The notes under the pieces are model-generated. The model saw only the letters and a list, made by a program, of their open reading frames with translations, had not been told where the DNA came from and searched no databases. Positions 39,391-53,827 of a DNA stretch of 64,000 nucleotides are shown in pieces. The DNA comes from Octopus vulgaris (taxonomy: Eukaryota), in the NCBI GenBank assembly GCA_951406725.2, contig OX597827.1:76818001-76882000 (forward strand). The letters run 5' to 3'. The translations under genes were made by a program, and so were the position numbers. How positions within the stretch are numbered: position 1 is the stretch's first letter; each line of letters opens with the position of its first letter.

Positions 39391-39895
39391 TTAATCAATG
39401 TGTTCACACAATGTACTTTGTGAGACTACCAAAAACATTTCTCTCTGACAACCACCAACCCCTACTCTTTATAACAGTTCGACTAGTCCATTCTTCCAGT
39501 CCCCTAGGGCCACAAGTTTAGAAGCACCTTCATTATTATAGGAAATACAACAATTTGTCTTCTCCCTCTTCAATCCTTGGGCTTCTTCTCATTTCAAACA
39601 CTGATCTACAACATCCTGTTCTTTTAGATTTTCCTTGTTTCAGTCATTAGACCACTGCCATGCTGGAGCACCGTCCCAAAGAATTTTTCGTTGAATGAAT
39701 CGATCCGGAAATCGCGATACACAGATATTGTTTTAAGTTGAGTGGGAGTGTAGATTTCCTTGTTCGAATATATCAGGACACAGATTATGTCATACAGCCA
39801 GCTGTATGGGGCTAAATTATAGCAACATTCGTCCTAAACCAAGACTGCCATGTTATGTTGGCAAACAATCTTTACTCCATAGTACTGTTGCTGAA

Positions 39896-40139
39896 CAGTA
39901 CTTTGGACGGCGGTGAGCTGGTAGAAACATTAGCACGTCGGGTGAAATGCGTAGCCATGTTTCATCTGTCGTTACGTTGTGAGTTCAAATTCCACCGAGG
40001 TTGACTTTGCCTTTCATCCTTTCGGGGTCGATAAATTAAGTACCAGTTACGCACTGGGGTCGATGTAATCGACTTAATACCTATGTCTGTCTTTGTTTGT
40101 CCCCTCTATGTTTAGCCCCTTGTGGGTAATAAAGAAATA
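39896..40139 (+). mobile_element. SINE family A copy with 15-bp TSD
   Basis: AGTACTGTTGCTGAA at 39881-39895 and 40140-40154. The empty site is visible in the paralogous element at 63702-63716. Confidence 0.9.
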
Positions 40140-41140
40140 AGTACTGTTGCTGAAAATCTCACTTTGTGAGATTTAAAAATAATAATTTTCTTCTCTGTGA
40201 GTGTTGCTAGAGAATTTCTGGGAGTAGGGACCCTGTAATTGTTCCCCTTCAACCCTTTTTCTAATGCCACATATCTGGCCCCTACAGAGAAAGAGAAAAG
40301 AAGAATCATCCCCAGTATACAACTGGTATCTAATTTAGAGCCTCTGCAAAGATAAAGGGCAAAATTGACCTGATTGGCAGGATTTGAACTCAGGATGCAG
40401 AGCACCAAGACAAACAACAGCACAAGGCCTTGTCTCGGATGCTCTACTGGCTCAACAAATTTCCAACCTCATCAGAGGAACAACAACCGACCCTCCCTCC
40501 TTCTCCACCAATGAAGCTGTTCTCTTGTGTTATTTAGTATTAATTTGTTTATCTTCTCGTTATTTACTAATTAATAACATTCCTGAGACTGTGACAATTT
40601 AATTAGGTCTTAATTACACACTTCTATTAAAGAGAATTTGCAAATACAATTATTTTTTTTTTAATTGGCACAAAACAACAAATTTACAAAAGACACACAC
40701 ACACACAAACATGTGACTGTGGGGTTCAGAAGCTTGCTTCTGAACCATTTGGTCTTGGGTTCAATCCCACTGTCTATCAACTTATGCATGTGTATTCTGC
40801 TATAGTGGTCAGCTGACAAAAGTGGATTTTGTGGTTGGAAACTGAAAGAAACCATTGATACTTCTCTATCTTTCTATCATACTTCTATCTCTCTCTCTCT
40901 CTCTATCTTTCTATCATACTTCTCTCTCTCTCTCTCTCTATCTATCATACTTCTATCTCTATCTCTCTATCTTTCTATCATACTTCTCTCTCTCTCTCTC
41001 TATCTATCTATCATACTTCTATCTCTATCTCTCTCTACCTATATATCTATTTATCTATCAATTGCAGCGTGGAAGGTGTTTATAAGCCATTTAAGAAACA
41101 CACAAAAACCGTTAGATTCACTTCAACATCTAAATTTAAT

Positions 41141-41189
41141 TTGCCAAAATATTTTCGGCGCTTTGAGACCGCGACCTGTTCACTGACAA
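41141..41189 (-). ncRNA. Hammerhead-like motif with G3-C8 swapped core (third copy)
   Basis: TTGTCA GTGAACA G GTCGC GGTCTCAAA GCGCC GAAA ATAT TT TGGCAA. Confidence 0.6.
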
Positions 41190-42199
41190 AGCTTCGAGAT
41201 GCAGCACGAAGCTTTGTCAGTGGTGCCCCAGCATGGCCACAGTCTGACTCAAACAAGTAAAAAAAAGATACGAGAAACACACACGCACATATGTATACAC
41301 ATACATTACACACACACACACATATATATACTCTCTCTACTCTTTTACTTGTTTCAGTCATTTGACTGCGGCCATGCTGGAGCACCGCCTTTTTAATCGA
41401 GCAACTTGATTCCGGGACTTATTCTTTTGTAAGCCCAGTACTTATTCTATCAGTCTCTTTTGCCGAACCGCTAAGTAACGGGGACATAAACACACCAGCA
41501 TCGGTTGTCAAGCAATGCTAGGGGGACAAACACACACACATACATATATATACATATATACAACGGGCTTCTTTCAGTTTCCATCTACCAAATCCACTCA
41601 CAAGGCTTTGGTCGGCCCGAGGCTATAGCAGAAGACACTCGCCCAAGGTGCCACGCAGTGGGACTGAACCCGGAACCATGTGGTTGGTAAACAAGCTACT
41701 TACCACACAGCCACTCCTGCGCCTATATATATATATTTTTTAAATTCTAGTTTCAGCTCAGAGCTGCGGCCATGCTCTCTATATATATTTATACACATAT
41801 ATTAATGATAATGATTAAAATATATTTTTAATTGTGGAGTTGTAGTTCTTGAACAGAAGCTGCAGATATCAGCCAACAGAAAGACTGGTTTCCACCTAAT
41901 TGTGCCTCATTAACCTTCACTGTAGCCAGAACCGTTTATATGTTGTTGCTATTATGCAAAAGTGTCTTAAGTCCAAAATGTTGCTTTCCTCAGTAAATGA
42001 AAAAATAGTTTCACCATTCCATAGCAAAACCATTGTACTATACTTTGACAATTTTTGATATCTTGGCATCTGAAGCAGCTGGAGATACAATAGTTTGACC
42101 AAGGAACCGGCTTTTCTAAGCAAAAAATAAATATTGAAAATATTGCATTTGGCCAAGTTTGGACATACAACAGTTTAACATAAACAGCAATAATAATAA

Positions 42200-42692
42200 T
42201 AATAATAATTGTGTACAGTGCTCAGGTGCACAACAACTCATCTAAAGTGTATATATAATCAGGTGTAGTTTCGACGGATTTCGGGAAGCATGAGGGCCTT
42301 AAAGGATGCAGTGTCATGGCAGTCAACAACTGATGCAGGCAGTTTATTCCACGCTTCAGCAACCCTGAGCGTGAAAAAATGTTTCCGAAAGTCATGGGAG
42401 CTGTGTTGTTTTCTGACTTTGTAGGCATGTCCACGTGTGTTAGACACATGGAGATCAAAAAGGTGTTCAGTGTTGTTGTTGGTGAGGTGGTTGATAACCT
42501 TGTGGGTGTTTACCAAGTCCGTCGCCAAACGCCGGAGCTTCAGTGAATCCATGCCCAGGGAAACAAGGCGCTCAGAATATGGTAGGTGTCCGATGGAGGG
42601 TATGCGTTTGGTTGCACGTCTCTGGACAGATTCCAGGAGGTCAATGTTCTGAGCAAGATAGGGATTCCAAACTGATGATGCGAATTCCAATG
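42200..42692 (-). mobile_element. CR1-group LINE 3' fragment
   Basis: EFASSVWNPY..LESVQRRATK..TRGH..FFTLRVAEAWNKLP. Confidence 0.9.
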
Positions 42693-43734
42693 ATATACTC
42701 TTTTTCCAGTGAGGCCATCTTTATCACAATGTCTAGAATAAAACATTTGCGAATCCTCTTTCACTTTATTTGCATGGGTTGGACAGGTCTGACCACTCTT
42801 TTGTAATCCTACATTTATTGAGACAACAACACAGCAAACCCACTCAACTCTGGTAGTCTGCCTGGTCTTTTGGTGTTCATTCTATGGCAGCACATTTTTT
42901 CCTAACCCTAGTTACCATCACCAGTGTGGATCCGGTCACTTTATCACGGCACTAACACTGCAGAGGTTGTCTATGGAAGAACAAAAGTGTCATCTCTACC
43001 ATGTATTAGTTCTTCAGAGTTACCACTTCCTAAGTTGCATCGCCTTTGAAACAGCTTGTCAAGTCCGTGTTTACTTGGATTGGTCTTGCTTGGACATAGT
43101 TAAGGTTGCATGGCCAACTGGTTAGAGGCTTTGGCTCATAGTGATAAGGTTGTGAGTTCAACTCCTGGACTGGATGGATTGCCATATCCTTGAGCAAGGC
43201 ACTTCCTTTCAAGTTGGAAGTGTTATCATGTACATTGCTTTGTCTTGGTGTAAAAGATGGGCTACAGCAAATCTTCTGCTCAATACCACAGATTTGCTTG
43301 TCAAGTTACTTGACCTTCACCAGTTGGGCATGTCCCTTGGTGGCTGGTGATATGTGCATCTCTGATCATGAGTAGAATTAGTGGGGGAGCATCATAGCTA
43401 TGTGTTGAGAGGAATACTTTGGGGTTTGAATAATTCATCCCAGGAAACATGGGCATTCTCTTCATCATCCTTTATTCAGGAAACCTTTTGTGCTGGGAAA
43501 GGATGGGGGTCGCTTGACCTCAAGAAAATTCTAACTGGGCCCCACCTGCAAGGTCACGCACCGTTTATCTTGATATGAGAACACCATGTCATGCACATAT
43601 GGTTGTGATGCATTTGCCTGCTGTACCCTTATCAGACAAGTAGTCATGATGGGTGTATTGGGCTTTGCATATTTGTACCCCAGCATCACTTTGATGGTAT
43701 ATGCTGTTCCCTCACTCAATAATAATAGTAATTT

Positions 43735-44875
43735 CTTTTATTGGCCACAAGGGCTAATTTAAATTATACATAAAAGACAACACAAAATGATACAAAGGGT
43801 TTTCACATTCGTGTAAACATTAAATAACAATAAAAATGTAACAAGTCCCAATAGGGGAGGCACTTTAAGGTCCTCATGAGAAAACCCACAAAAGCCATCA
43901 AGGAAAGAGCCCTTTTCCTTTTATTCTTTTTACAGGTGTATACTCAGAACTGGTCCTTTCACACTGGCCATTTTTCCAACATTCACCCACCTTTCAATAA
44001 ATTTGCTACAACCACTTCCCTCTCCACCCTCACTTTCCTTTTTCAAGTGGAACTTGAAACGGTTGAAGAGGGTTTGGCTAAAGTGGAAAGTGTCTGACTT
44101 TAGCCCTTTCAAATGGTTCCACCATACTACCTCTTCTGCTACAGCCACCAGAAAAATAAAAATTGCCTGCCCACTCCTGGCTAAAGGAAGCCAGTGGGGC
44201 AATCTTCACTATGGATTCAGCTGATAGCCAGATCCGTCCTATATAGGCCAGCAATGCTTGGGCACTGGATGGGCATGGGCAGAATGGTTTTGTTGCTCTG
44301 AGTGCACCTTGGGCAGGCAACGGCACTTCCATGCCTGTCAAGTTTATCCTGAATGGGCAGCAGCCCCTTGGTAGCACTGTCAGGCAAGGGATTTCTGGAA
44401 GTTATTCATAGGCCCTGGCCCAAGAGTTCTCCGAAACAGACCAGTAAGTTGATCCTCATTGATGCCTAGAGTTTCCCCCAAGAACATCATCACACTTTTC
44501 CTCCACTAACTCTCTATCGAACGCTAGAGTGGAACTACTGCCGATCGCATACTCGCCTGGTGGAGGGTTGTGAGCGCTTGATGGCATGTGAGGTGCCAAG
44601 CGCCCTTCTTTGGTCTACGCCTAATCCAGGATTGCAGCTCAGTCAAAGAGACGAGCCGTAGAAGAGCATGTCTGACAAACAGCAACCACACCTGCTCACC
44701 GTCAAGGAAACACAGGAGATTCCACAGCCTGAGCGCATGTCTGCACATCAGCAACTGCAGCAAGCCCAGGTCTCCATTCAGAAGCTGTTGACAGCAGATG
44801 GAGAGCCTTACCAGCGGAACACAACCCTTCCACAGAAAGCAGAAGAGTAAGCGTACCAGCTTGTTCAGAATGCTT
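43735..44875 (-). mobile_element. L1/Tx1-clade LINE 3' fragment
   Basis: LFCFLWKG..L.I..GDLGL, a decayed CCHC region, AVAEEVVWW..., and a 3'UTR. Confidence 0.75.
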
Positions 44876-44966
44876 TCAAATTTTGGCACAAGACTAGTAA
44901 ATTTAGTGGAAGGGACAAGTTGATTGCATCAAGCCCAAATAATAATAATAATAATAATAATAATAG

Positions 44967-45491
44967 TACCAGGCAGTGGCTCTCATGGCTTCTGTTATCA
45001 TGTACACTGTTTTGTCTTGGTATAAAAGATGGGCTACAGCAAATATTCTGCTCAATACCACATATTTGCTTGTCAGCTGTTTGACCGTAACCAGTTGAAC
45101 ATGTCCCTTAGTGGCTGACGATATGTGCATCTCTGATCACGAGCAGAAGTAGTGGGGGAGCATCATAGCCAAGTGTTGAGAGGGATTCTTTGGGGTTTGA
45201 ATAATTCACCTTTGGAAACATGGGTGTTTCGTTCAACATCCTTAAACAACCCTTATTCAGGGACCTTTTAAGTGAGATGAGTTACTCGACCAGAAGAAAA
45301 TTCTAACTGGCCCTCACCTGCAAGATCATGTGCTGTTTATCTTGATATGAGATCACCATGTCGCGCATATATGGTTGTGATGCATGTGCCTGGAGTACCC
45401 TTATCAGACAGGTAGTCATGATGGGTATACTGGGCTTCGTATATTTTACCCCAGTGTCACTTTGATGGCATGCACTGCTCTCTCACTCAAT
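44967..45491 (+). mobile_element. Interspersed repeat family D (SINE-like, ~520 bp)
   Basis: Homologous to 43228-43719 (preceded by a tRNA-like head at ~43089) and 31580-31823 (-). Confidence 0.8.
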
Positions 45492-46618
45492 AATCATCAT
45501 CATCATCATCATCATTGTTTAGCGTCCGCTTTCCATGCTAGCATGGGTTGAATGGTTCAACTGGGGTCTGGGAAGCCAGAAGGCTGCACCAGGCCCAGTC
45601 TGATCTGGCAATGTTTCTACGGCTGGATGCCCTTCCTAACGCCAACTACTCCGTGAGTGAATAATAAAAATAATAATAATAATAATAAGACAGCAATATG
45701 AAATATATGGCAATAACTTTTGAAGACAATATTTTTTTTTGATAAACTGTTTTTAATAATTGTTAATTACAGTTACATAATAATAGTAATAATATCAATA
45801 TTAATAATAATAATAATGATAACACTAACAGAAAATAAATATAAACAACAAACAAACAAACTCTTAGGGTTAATACTTGTAGTATAAACAGGGGTGGGGG
45901 AGCGTAATCAAAGCAAAATTTTGGAGTTTGTCTCCAGTATTTCATATTTCATATAGAAGGTTAAATTTGGTGATTTTTTTTTTTTGGTGGTGGGGGTGAA
46001 AGATTGGGTGAGGGCAAAGAGCTTGTTACCTCAAGGTTGTAGAGGCAGATTTAGTGGGTGGGAGGGAAGGGGGGAGGGCGTTTTTAATGAAGTTAGAAAA
46101 AAAAAAAAGGACAAACAAACAAACGAAAAAAAAAAGGAAACAAATACCACAGAATTGGTTAAATAAATAGAAATACAACAAAAGAAGAAAAGCAGAGAAA
46201 AAAACCATTAAAAAAAAAGGGAAACAAAGTCAAATAAATTGCCTTGTCTTCATCATTTTCAGAAATTGTGAAAGGGGGGGGGGAGTTTGTTGTGGTTTTA
46301 TTTTTTTTTTGGAGGGGTGGTGGTCACACAATACAATGGGAATTCAGGCAGGTATTGTGTGCATGTGTGAGTAAATATATATATAGGTGTGTAGAGTGTG
46401 TAAATGGTTATCAACACACACAGACACACACAGCGTTCACACAAAGTCATTATAAACATACATACATACATACGCATGTGTGTGCTTATAAATGCATATA
46501 TATATATGCGCACACACACACATATGCATACATGTTATATATATATGCATATATATCCATACTATATATATATATATACACACACGCATGTGCACACACA
46601 CACACATATGTATACATG

Positions 46619-46657
<39 letters not shown>

Positions 46658-46912
46658 TATATATCCATACTATATATATATATATACATACGCATGCGCA
46701 CACACACTCACACAGAGTGCATGCGTAAATATCTTAATCTGAAGATTAAGATCAGTCATACAGTAAAGGACTCAATACACAGAGTGTAGTGTAATTTTTA
46801 ACTTATGTCATTCATTAATCAAAAAGAAAAAAAAAACAAAAACAATGGACACACGGACACACACTAGATAAAAATCAATATATATATATATATATACATA
46901 TATTATCCATAC

Positions 46913-46991
<79 letters not shown>

Positions 46992-48329
46992 GTGCTCAAA
47001 CAGCCATACACACATATGTATAGAAATCAGACAAACATGGTGATATCAAGAAGTAGAAAAATGGCAAAATAATATCAGCCAATCAGGGACTGAATCGTAT
47101 ATTTCTCGTGTGAGTATTAATTAGTATTCTCCAATTCTAGAGAGGTTTCATTTGAACGTGTAACATTATAAACATATAACGGTCATAAAATGATGTACAT
47201 ATGTGTGTGTTTATGAGTATGTATGATCATATATATATATGTATGTGTGTATGTTATATATATGTATATATACCTATATATATACAGATTCAGATGAATA
47301 TGGTACTTAAGTCAAATGCACCAGAATTTTGTATGGTATTATCCATATAAATCCATGGGGTGATTATAATCAAAATAAGCAACAAGGATATCTGAGGTCA
47401 TGTGGTATGATCATTTCACGCTACTTCATCTTATTAAGCAATGTAAGTATTACATCAGTTTTAAAATGTCGAGCTATAAGTGGCCGAAGATTGCTCAACA
47501 TTTAAAAACTGATGTAATACTTACAGTGTTTAATAAAATGAAGCAGCATGAAACAATCACACCACATTACCTTGGATATACTTGTTGCTTATTTTGATTT
47601 TATATATATATATATATTATATCTTTATGTACACATATATTAGTGGAGCAATGGTACACACACACTCAGAGTCAATTATATAAATTTTGACATGAAAACA
47701 AGTTTAAAATGAAATAAGAATTTTAAAATCTACAAAAAAAAAAATATAGATGTCTGGATGTATAAAATATTGTGTGTGTGTGTGTGTGTGTATATAAAAC
47801 GGAAAAATAATAAATGTTACAAATTGATAGAAAAAGATGTTTGATGTTGTGTGATCCATGCCATGTTGCAAGTCGACTCACAACAGTTTTGGAGAGATGC
47901 CCAACCTTAGAAGAAGCGAAAGTAGTGCAACTAAAAATACATGCTGCTCTCAGTGACGGAGACAACATTGTGCATTAGGGTGCATCAGGAACAGGCGTTT
48001 CTGGCTGGCAGCACACACCAGCCTGCGTTTCCAGCTTTATGGCCCCATGGTTCACCTGAGTGCAGTAACAATGCTACTGCACCTCATGTGATTGTTGCAA
48101 CTGATGCAAAGCTGTTTGACTGCAGCTGATAAAGAAAGAGCGTCTCTTCAATTGCAGAGCTGCATTGAGACTCGGAAATTGCAAGATCACTAAACCATGG
48201 AAATCTCCAGCATTTACCAAACGGTGGTGGCACTCTCTTGCAGTCTTGCAACACTGCTTGCAACGGGGCTGGTAGTGGGGGGGGGGGGGAGCTGAGCAGC
48301 TATCAGGAAACTGTAGCTGTTGATGCTAA

Positions 48330-49040
48330 CTCACAACTGTGCTTTCCATCCTTGCATTAGCGACGCCAAATGTGCTTGCAGCCATTTTAGAATGACAACA
48401 TTTGTTAGCAACAACAGTCGAGTTGCTCTCAAAGTTGCAAACTGTCGTTAGCAACAGCATTAGCAGCTGTTTGAGAACAGTCGTTTGCTTTAAAAACAGC
48501 CGTTGTTCCCACAACTGTTAGCAACAGTATCTGCAGCCAATTTTATAATGGCAAATACCATTAGCAATGCCAACAGCATTTGCAATCATTTTATAATGGC
48601 AGCTAGCATTTCCAACATCAACTGAGCTGTTGTTTTATAATGGTCATTACCAATAACGATTCAGCTGCAAAACTTTTAGCAACAGCATTCGCAGTCTTAA
48701 ATGGTAACTAGCATTAGCAACAACAACCTATTCTCACAATTGTACACTGTCAATAGCACAAACAGCTATCTTATAAATGAGCAGTAACAAGCATTAACAA
48801 GGTTTGCTGCTCTCACAACTGTACAGAATCGTTAGCAACAGTATTTGTAACCGATTCCAGAATGGCAACTAGCATTAGCAACGCCAGCTGTGTTGCTTTC
48901 GGTTAGCAACAACAGTGGCTACACGTTTCGCTGACACCACTCTGACAGTAGCGAACCTTTTCAGGTACATTAGCAACACAAAGAATGGATGGTGGTAGTT
49001 ATATGGTGGTGCAGAATTTCACAGGTGTTAGCAACCCTGA
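48330..49040. repeat. Degenerate ~43-bp repeat array with 10 TTAGCAAC motifs
   Basis: TTAGCAAC at 48405, 48448, 48518, 48676, 48714, 48832, 48875, 48903, 48970, 49028. Confidence 0.75.
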
Positions 49041-49532
49041 CTTTGGTAAATAATAATAATAATAATAATAATAAAAATAATGGTAATAATAATATGGCAG
49101 GCAGTGATAACAACAACGTTAAAAACAACAGTAGTTGCAGTGATATTAGTGGTAGTGGTGGTAGTAATAATAATAGCATTAGTAGTAATAGTAGTAGTAG
49201 TGGTGGTGGTGGTGGTGGTGGTGATGGCAAAATAGCGACATATTTCAAATAATAACACACTGGTTTAGGTTTGTGTGGTTGCATCAATTGAGAAAAACAA
49301 AAATTAAAATAAAAGTGTGCAGTCTCCATAAATACATAGATATGGATATACATACATATATGTACAAGCATATATGCATGCACACACATGCACGCACGAA
49401 TATATATATACATAAATATGTATAAACACCCACAAATATATATATACATATATAGGCATATATATATGTATATACATAGACATATATATGTATATAAATA
49501 GACATATATATATACACACACACGTATATACA

Positions 49533-49578
<46 letters not shown>

Positions 49579-49682
49579 TACAAACTTGCAGATTTATGTA
49601 CAAACACATACATACATATGTACACACATTCACATATGTAATATATTTTCATAGACAGGTCATTGGAAGAAGAAACAAAATG

Positions 49683-49720
<38 letters not shown>

Positions 49721-50072
49721 TATGCATATATATACATATGTATATATAAAACTCAAAAACAGAGAAATAATTAAAGAACAACAACAAAGTGAATATTTTC
49801 GTTTAAAAAAAAAGGAAAAATCAAAAATTAAAAAAAAATTTTTTTTTTGTTTTGGATTTTGGCAGAATGTCTCACAGTTACAGGTGAGAAGAATGAGATT
49901 GTTTGACATTCATGCCTTTCTCAATTGTTGTAATAATAATGGTGGAAGTGAAGTGAATCTGGCTTCAACCAGGAAAGAAAACCAGCTCACGGGAAGCTCC
50001 GTGTTGCTGCCATGCACACACCTCTCTGTTCCACAGCATGTGCTCCCCCTGACTGCAAATGATGGTAATAAC

Positions 50073-50110
<38 letters not shown>

Positions 50111-50668
50111 TTTTAAATTTTGGTGCAAGGCCAACAATTCTGAGGGAAAAGGGGTTAGTTGGTTATAGGGACCCAGGAACTTGACTGGTTATTTTCATCA
50201 ACCCCGAACAGATGAAGGGCAATGTTACCTCAAATGGTGTTTGAGCGCAGAATGTAAAGAGTTGGAAAAAATGCTGCTAGACATCTTGTTCAATGCTTTA
50301 AAGATTCCGCCAGCTCACCACTTAATAATAATAATAATGATAATAATAAAGATAAAAATAATAATGATAATAACAACAATGGTTTCAAACGTTGACACAA
50401 GGCCAGTAATTTCAGGGATGGGTGTAAGTCGATTACATCAACCCTCAGTGCACAACTGGTATTTATATTCTATTGACCTCCGAAAGGATGAAAGGCAAAG
50501 TCGACCTCAGCGGAATCTGAAGTCAGAACATAAAGAAAGGATAAACGAAATACTGCTGAACATTGTGCCCAGCATGCCAACGATTCTGCCAGCTCACTGC
50601 CTTAATAATAATAATAATAATAATAATATTTTATAAAAGGATTGATGTAACTCTTCACAAAGGTAAAC

Positions 50669-50789
50669 AGTCAAGACAAAGAGCATGATTCGATTGTAAG
50701 ATATTTTATTGAACGATAAAGACAGACGTACTGTTGAGATATCGTTCAATAAAATATCTTACAATCAAATCGCGCTCTTCGTCTTGACT
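50669..50789. repeat. 121-bp hairpin (50-bp arms, 21-nt loop)
   Basis: AGTCAAGAC..GAACGATA / TATCGTTC..GTCTTGACT, four mismatches. Confidence 0.9.
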
Positions 50790-52869
50790 ACTACTACTAC
50801 TAATAATAATAATAATAAGGGTTTGAGTGCGCGGGAGACCATTGTGTCGATGTAAAGGAGACAGGAAGTTGCAGCTTTAATGCCGTTCTGAGGGCGTTTG
50901 TGACCAAAGTAAAGTGGCCCTGGGGTTTAAAAGCCAAAGTCAGAGCAAACCAAACTTTGTCATACAGTCCCCCCCCCCCACCAATACACATCACATGCAA
51001 CATCAACTAATAATAATAATAATGACGATGAGGTTTTGCACAGGCACCAGGTCTTAGATTTAGGATTGAAAATGTGATATTGATGCCTTACTGATAATAA
51101 TAATAATAATAATATGAAAGGAAAGTTTAAAAAGAAAAACAACAAAAAGCCTGTTTTTGAAAATTGAGACGTTAAACGTGTCCCGTTTGTTGTTGTCCTC
51201 CATATAAAATATTTTTATAAAGGCACTGTGAGGAGTTATCCCTAACAAGGGAAGGAGAGTAATAGAGACAGGGCTAGAGAGAGAGAGAGAGAGAGAGACA
51301 GGGAGGGTCCTGGGAAATCTGGCCATGGAGGTGTCCATAAAAGGAAATTCTTCAGAAGTTCTAACCACCTCCAGCTACAGACAACTAAGGGGGAGGTGGT
51401 GCAGGGAGTGAAGAGGGGGGTTAGCTAAAGAAATGGTTGAGGGAGGAGACGATGTGGTGGTAGTGGTGGTCGTGGCAGGAGAGACAGCAGTTCTGAGCAT
51501 TTTTTAAAGAGTTTCCTTTTGTTTTTTTTGTTGGTTCTTATCCCACATGTGACAGGCCATGATGGATGTGGTTTAACTACAAGGCTATTATCATCATCAT
51601 CATCATCATAGTTGCTATTTAACTCCTGTTTAACCCCAAGTAAGCAAACTTACGGATTAAAGTCACTCCACCCATGACCATTCCCTGCTTTTATTCCTTT
51701 TCGAGGACTCTATTACCAAAAGTATTTTCCTCGTGTGTTTCTTTTAATGTGACAGAATGTAATTTGAGGGAAATTTAGCTACTATTTCAAGTTAGTTGAA
51801 TGAACATATAAGCCTATATTTGAGGCTCCTTTGTATACAAGAAGAGTAAAATGCAATCCAAATTATAAGAGAAAGAAATCCTTTAACACATCTTTAATGA
51901 TTCGTTAACGATGTTTTAACGGACTTCTCTTATCATTTGGATTTTATTTATATATATATATATTATATTTTGTGAAATTTGATTTAGTATTTCTAAATTG
52001 AATGCTCCGGCATCTCTTATATTTATAGATTATATATATATATATATGTAGGCTGGGTGTCTTTCTTTTTATGTCAACCAAATCGACTCATAAGGCATTG
52101 GCCGGTCCAGGATTTGTAGTAAAAGAGTGTTGCACTAAGGTGTTGCACTGTGCGGCTAACCCCACAAAACTGGTGTTGCAAAGTGAATTTTTAGACCACA
52201 CAGCCATGTCTCTGCTTGTGGGCTGTGTGATTTGAACTCAGAATGTAAAGAACTAGATGAGATGCTGTTGAGGAATTCTGTCTGCCACTTTAACCATTCG
52301 GCCAATCCACCGCCACAACGATGATGATGATGATCATCATCATCATCATACATGGGTCTAAACTTTCTATCACTAACATTCAACTGCCTCTCTCTCTCTC
52401 TCTGCTCTGTGTGATATTTGTTTAATATGTCTGAGTTTTGTTGGTCAGTATTAAAACATCTCCTACAGCATGTAGGACATTACTTTACGACAGAGATTAT
52501 GACAAACACACACACACACACAATACAATACTATATAAACGTAAACATATACACACAAATACCTATATACTTATATATTTGAAGGCGTGTGGCCTAGTGG
52601 TTAGGGTACTGCACTCACACTCACTAGACAATGGGTTCGATTTCAGGACCAGGCAGTACATTGTGTTCTTGAGCAAAACCCTTCATTTCATGTTGCACCA
52701 GTCCAGTCAACTGCAAGTAGGGTACCAGACAACAGAATAGTCTTCCGATCAGAAGGAACATTGGCCTGTTCACCTAAACAGCAGGGTGGCATCATTCAAT
52801 AGCCAGAAAATAATGCAAAGTGCACTGTGACCAGTGATGTATAACCACATCTGATAGTCTAGTTGGTAC

Positions 52870-52921
<52 letters not shown>

Positions 52922-52951
52922 GTATATATATGTATATATATATATATATAC

Positions 52952-53004
<53 letters not shown>

Positions 53005-53014
53005 CATATGTATG

Positions 53015-53046
<32 letters not shown>

Positions 53047-53459
53047 TATGTATATATATGTATGTATGTATGTATATATATATATATATATATATATACA
53101 GGATGCAAAGTCTGAGTGGGGGAGGAGGCGGTCCTGTGTTGGCAAAATTACACATCGAGATCTTGGGGTCTGGATAAATCTGAATGTCATGGGGAGACAA
53201 GGAATCTGACGCTTTCAGGAGTGGTCCTTTACCTGAGACGGGGAGAGAGCGGAGAGAGGAAGGGAGAGGAGCGGAGACATTCTCTTTCCAGAGAAAGAGA
53301 GAGAGAGAGACGGAGAGAGCGGAGTGACATATCTATTGAAAGGCGGATGATTATATATATATATATATACATGTAAAAACAGACATTCACAAATATGTGT
53401 ATATATATGTGTGTGTATAGATGTGTGCGTGTATGTGTGTATGTATTTATATATATATG

Positions 53460-53499
<40 letters not shown>

Positions 53500-53827
53500 A
53501 AGTCATATATGTATACAAAGACATGCAGATACAAATATATAAATATATCATCATATACGTCCTCTTGTATGTGTGTGTCTGCGTGAATGTATGCGTATGT
53601 GTGTGTTCACACATTTTCATGTATTTAGAACAATGATTATTATTATTATTATTATGTTTGTATTATTATTATTATTATTATTATTAGCCATCATTGTTGT
53701 CTAACGCACCTTGTCAAGTCTCATGCATTTTGCATACAGTTGGGGAGGAGGGGTGGAAATATCATTATTATTATTATTGTTGTTGTTGTTGTTATTATTG
53801 ACTATTGATCACCATCTTCTGCCGAAT

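Noticed and set aside
48330-49040. CRISPR-like or coding interpretation of the spaced TTAGCAAC motifs
   Set aside because: The motif is only 8 bp, the spacers are homologous to each other, the period is not a multiple of 3, there are no cas genes, and the context is eukaryotic.
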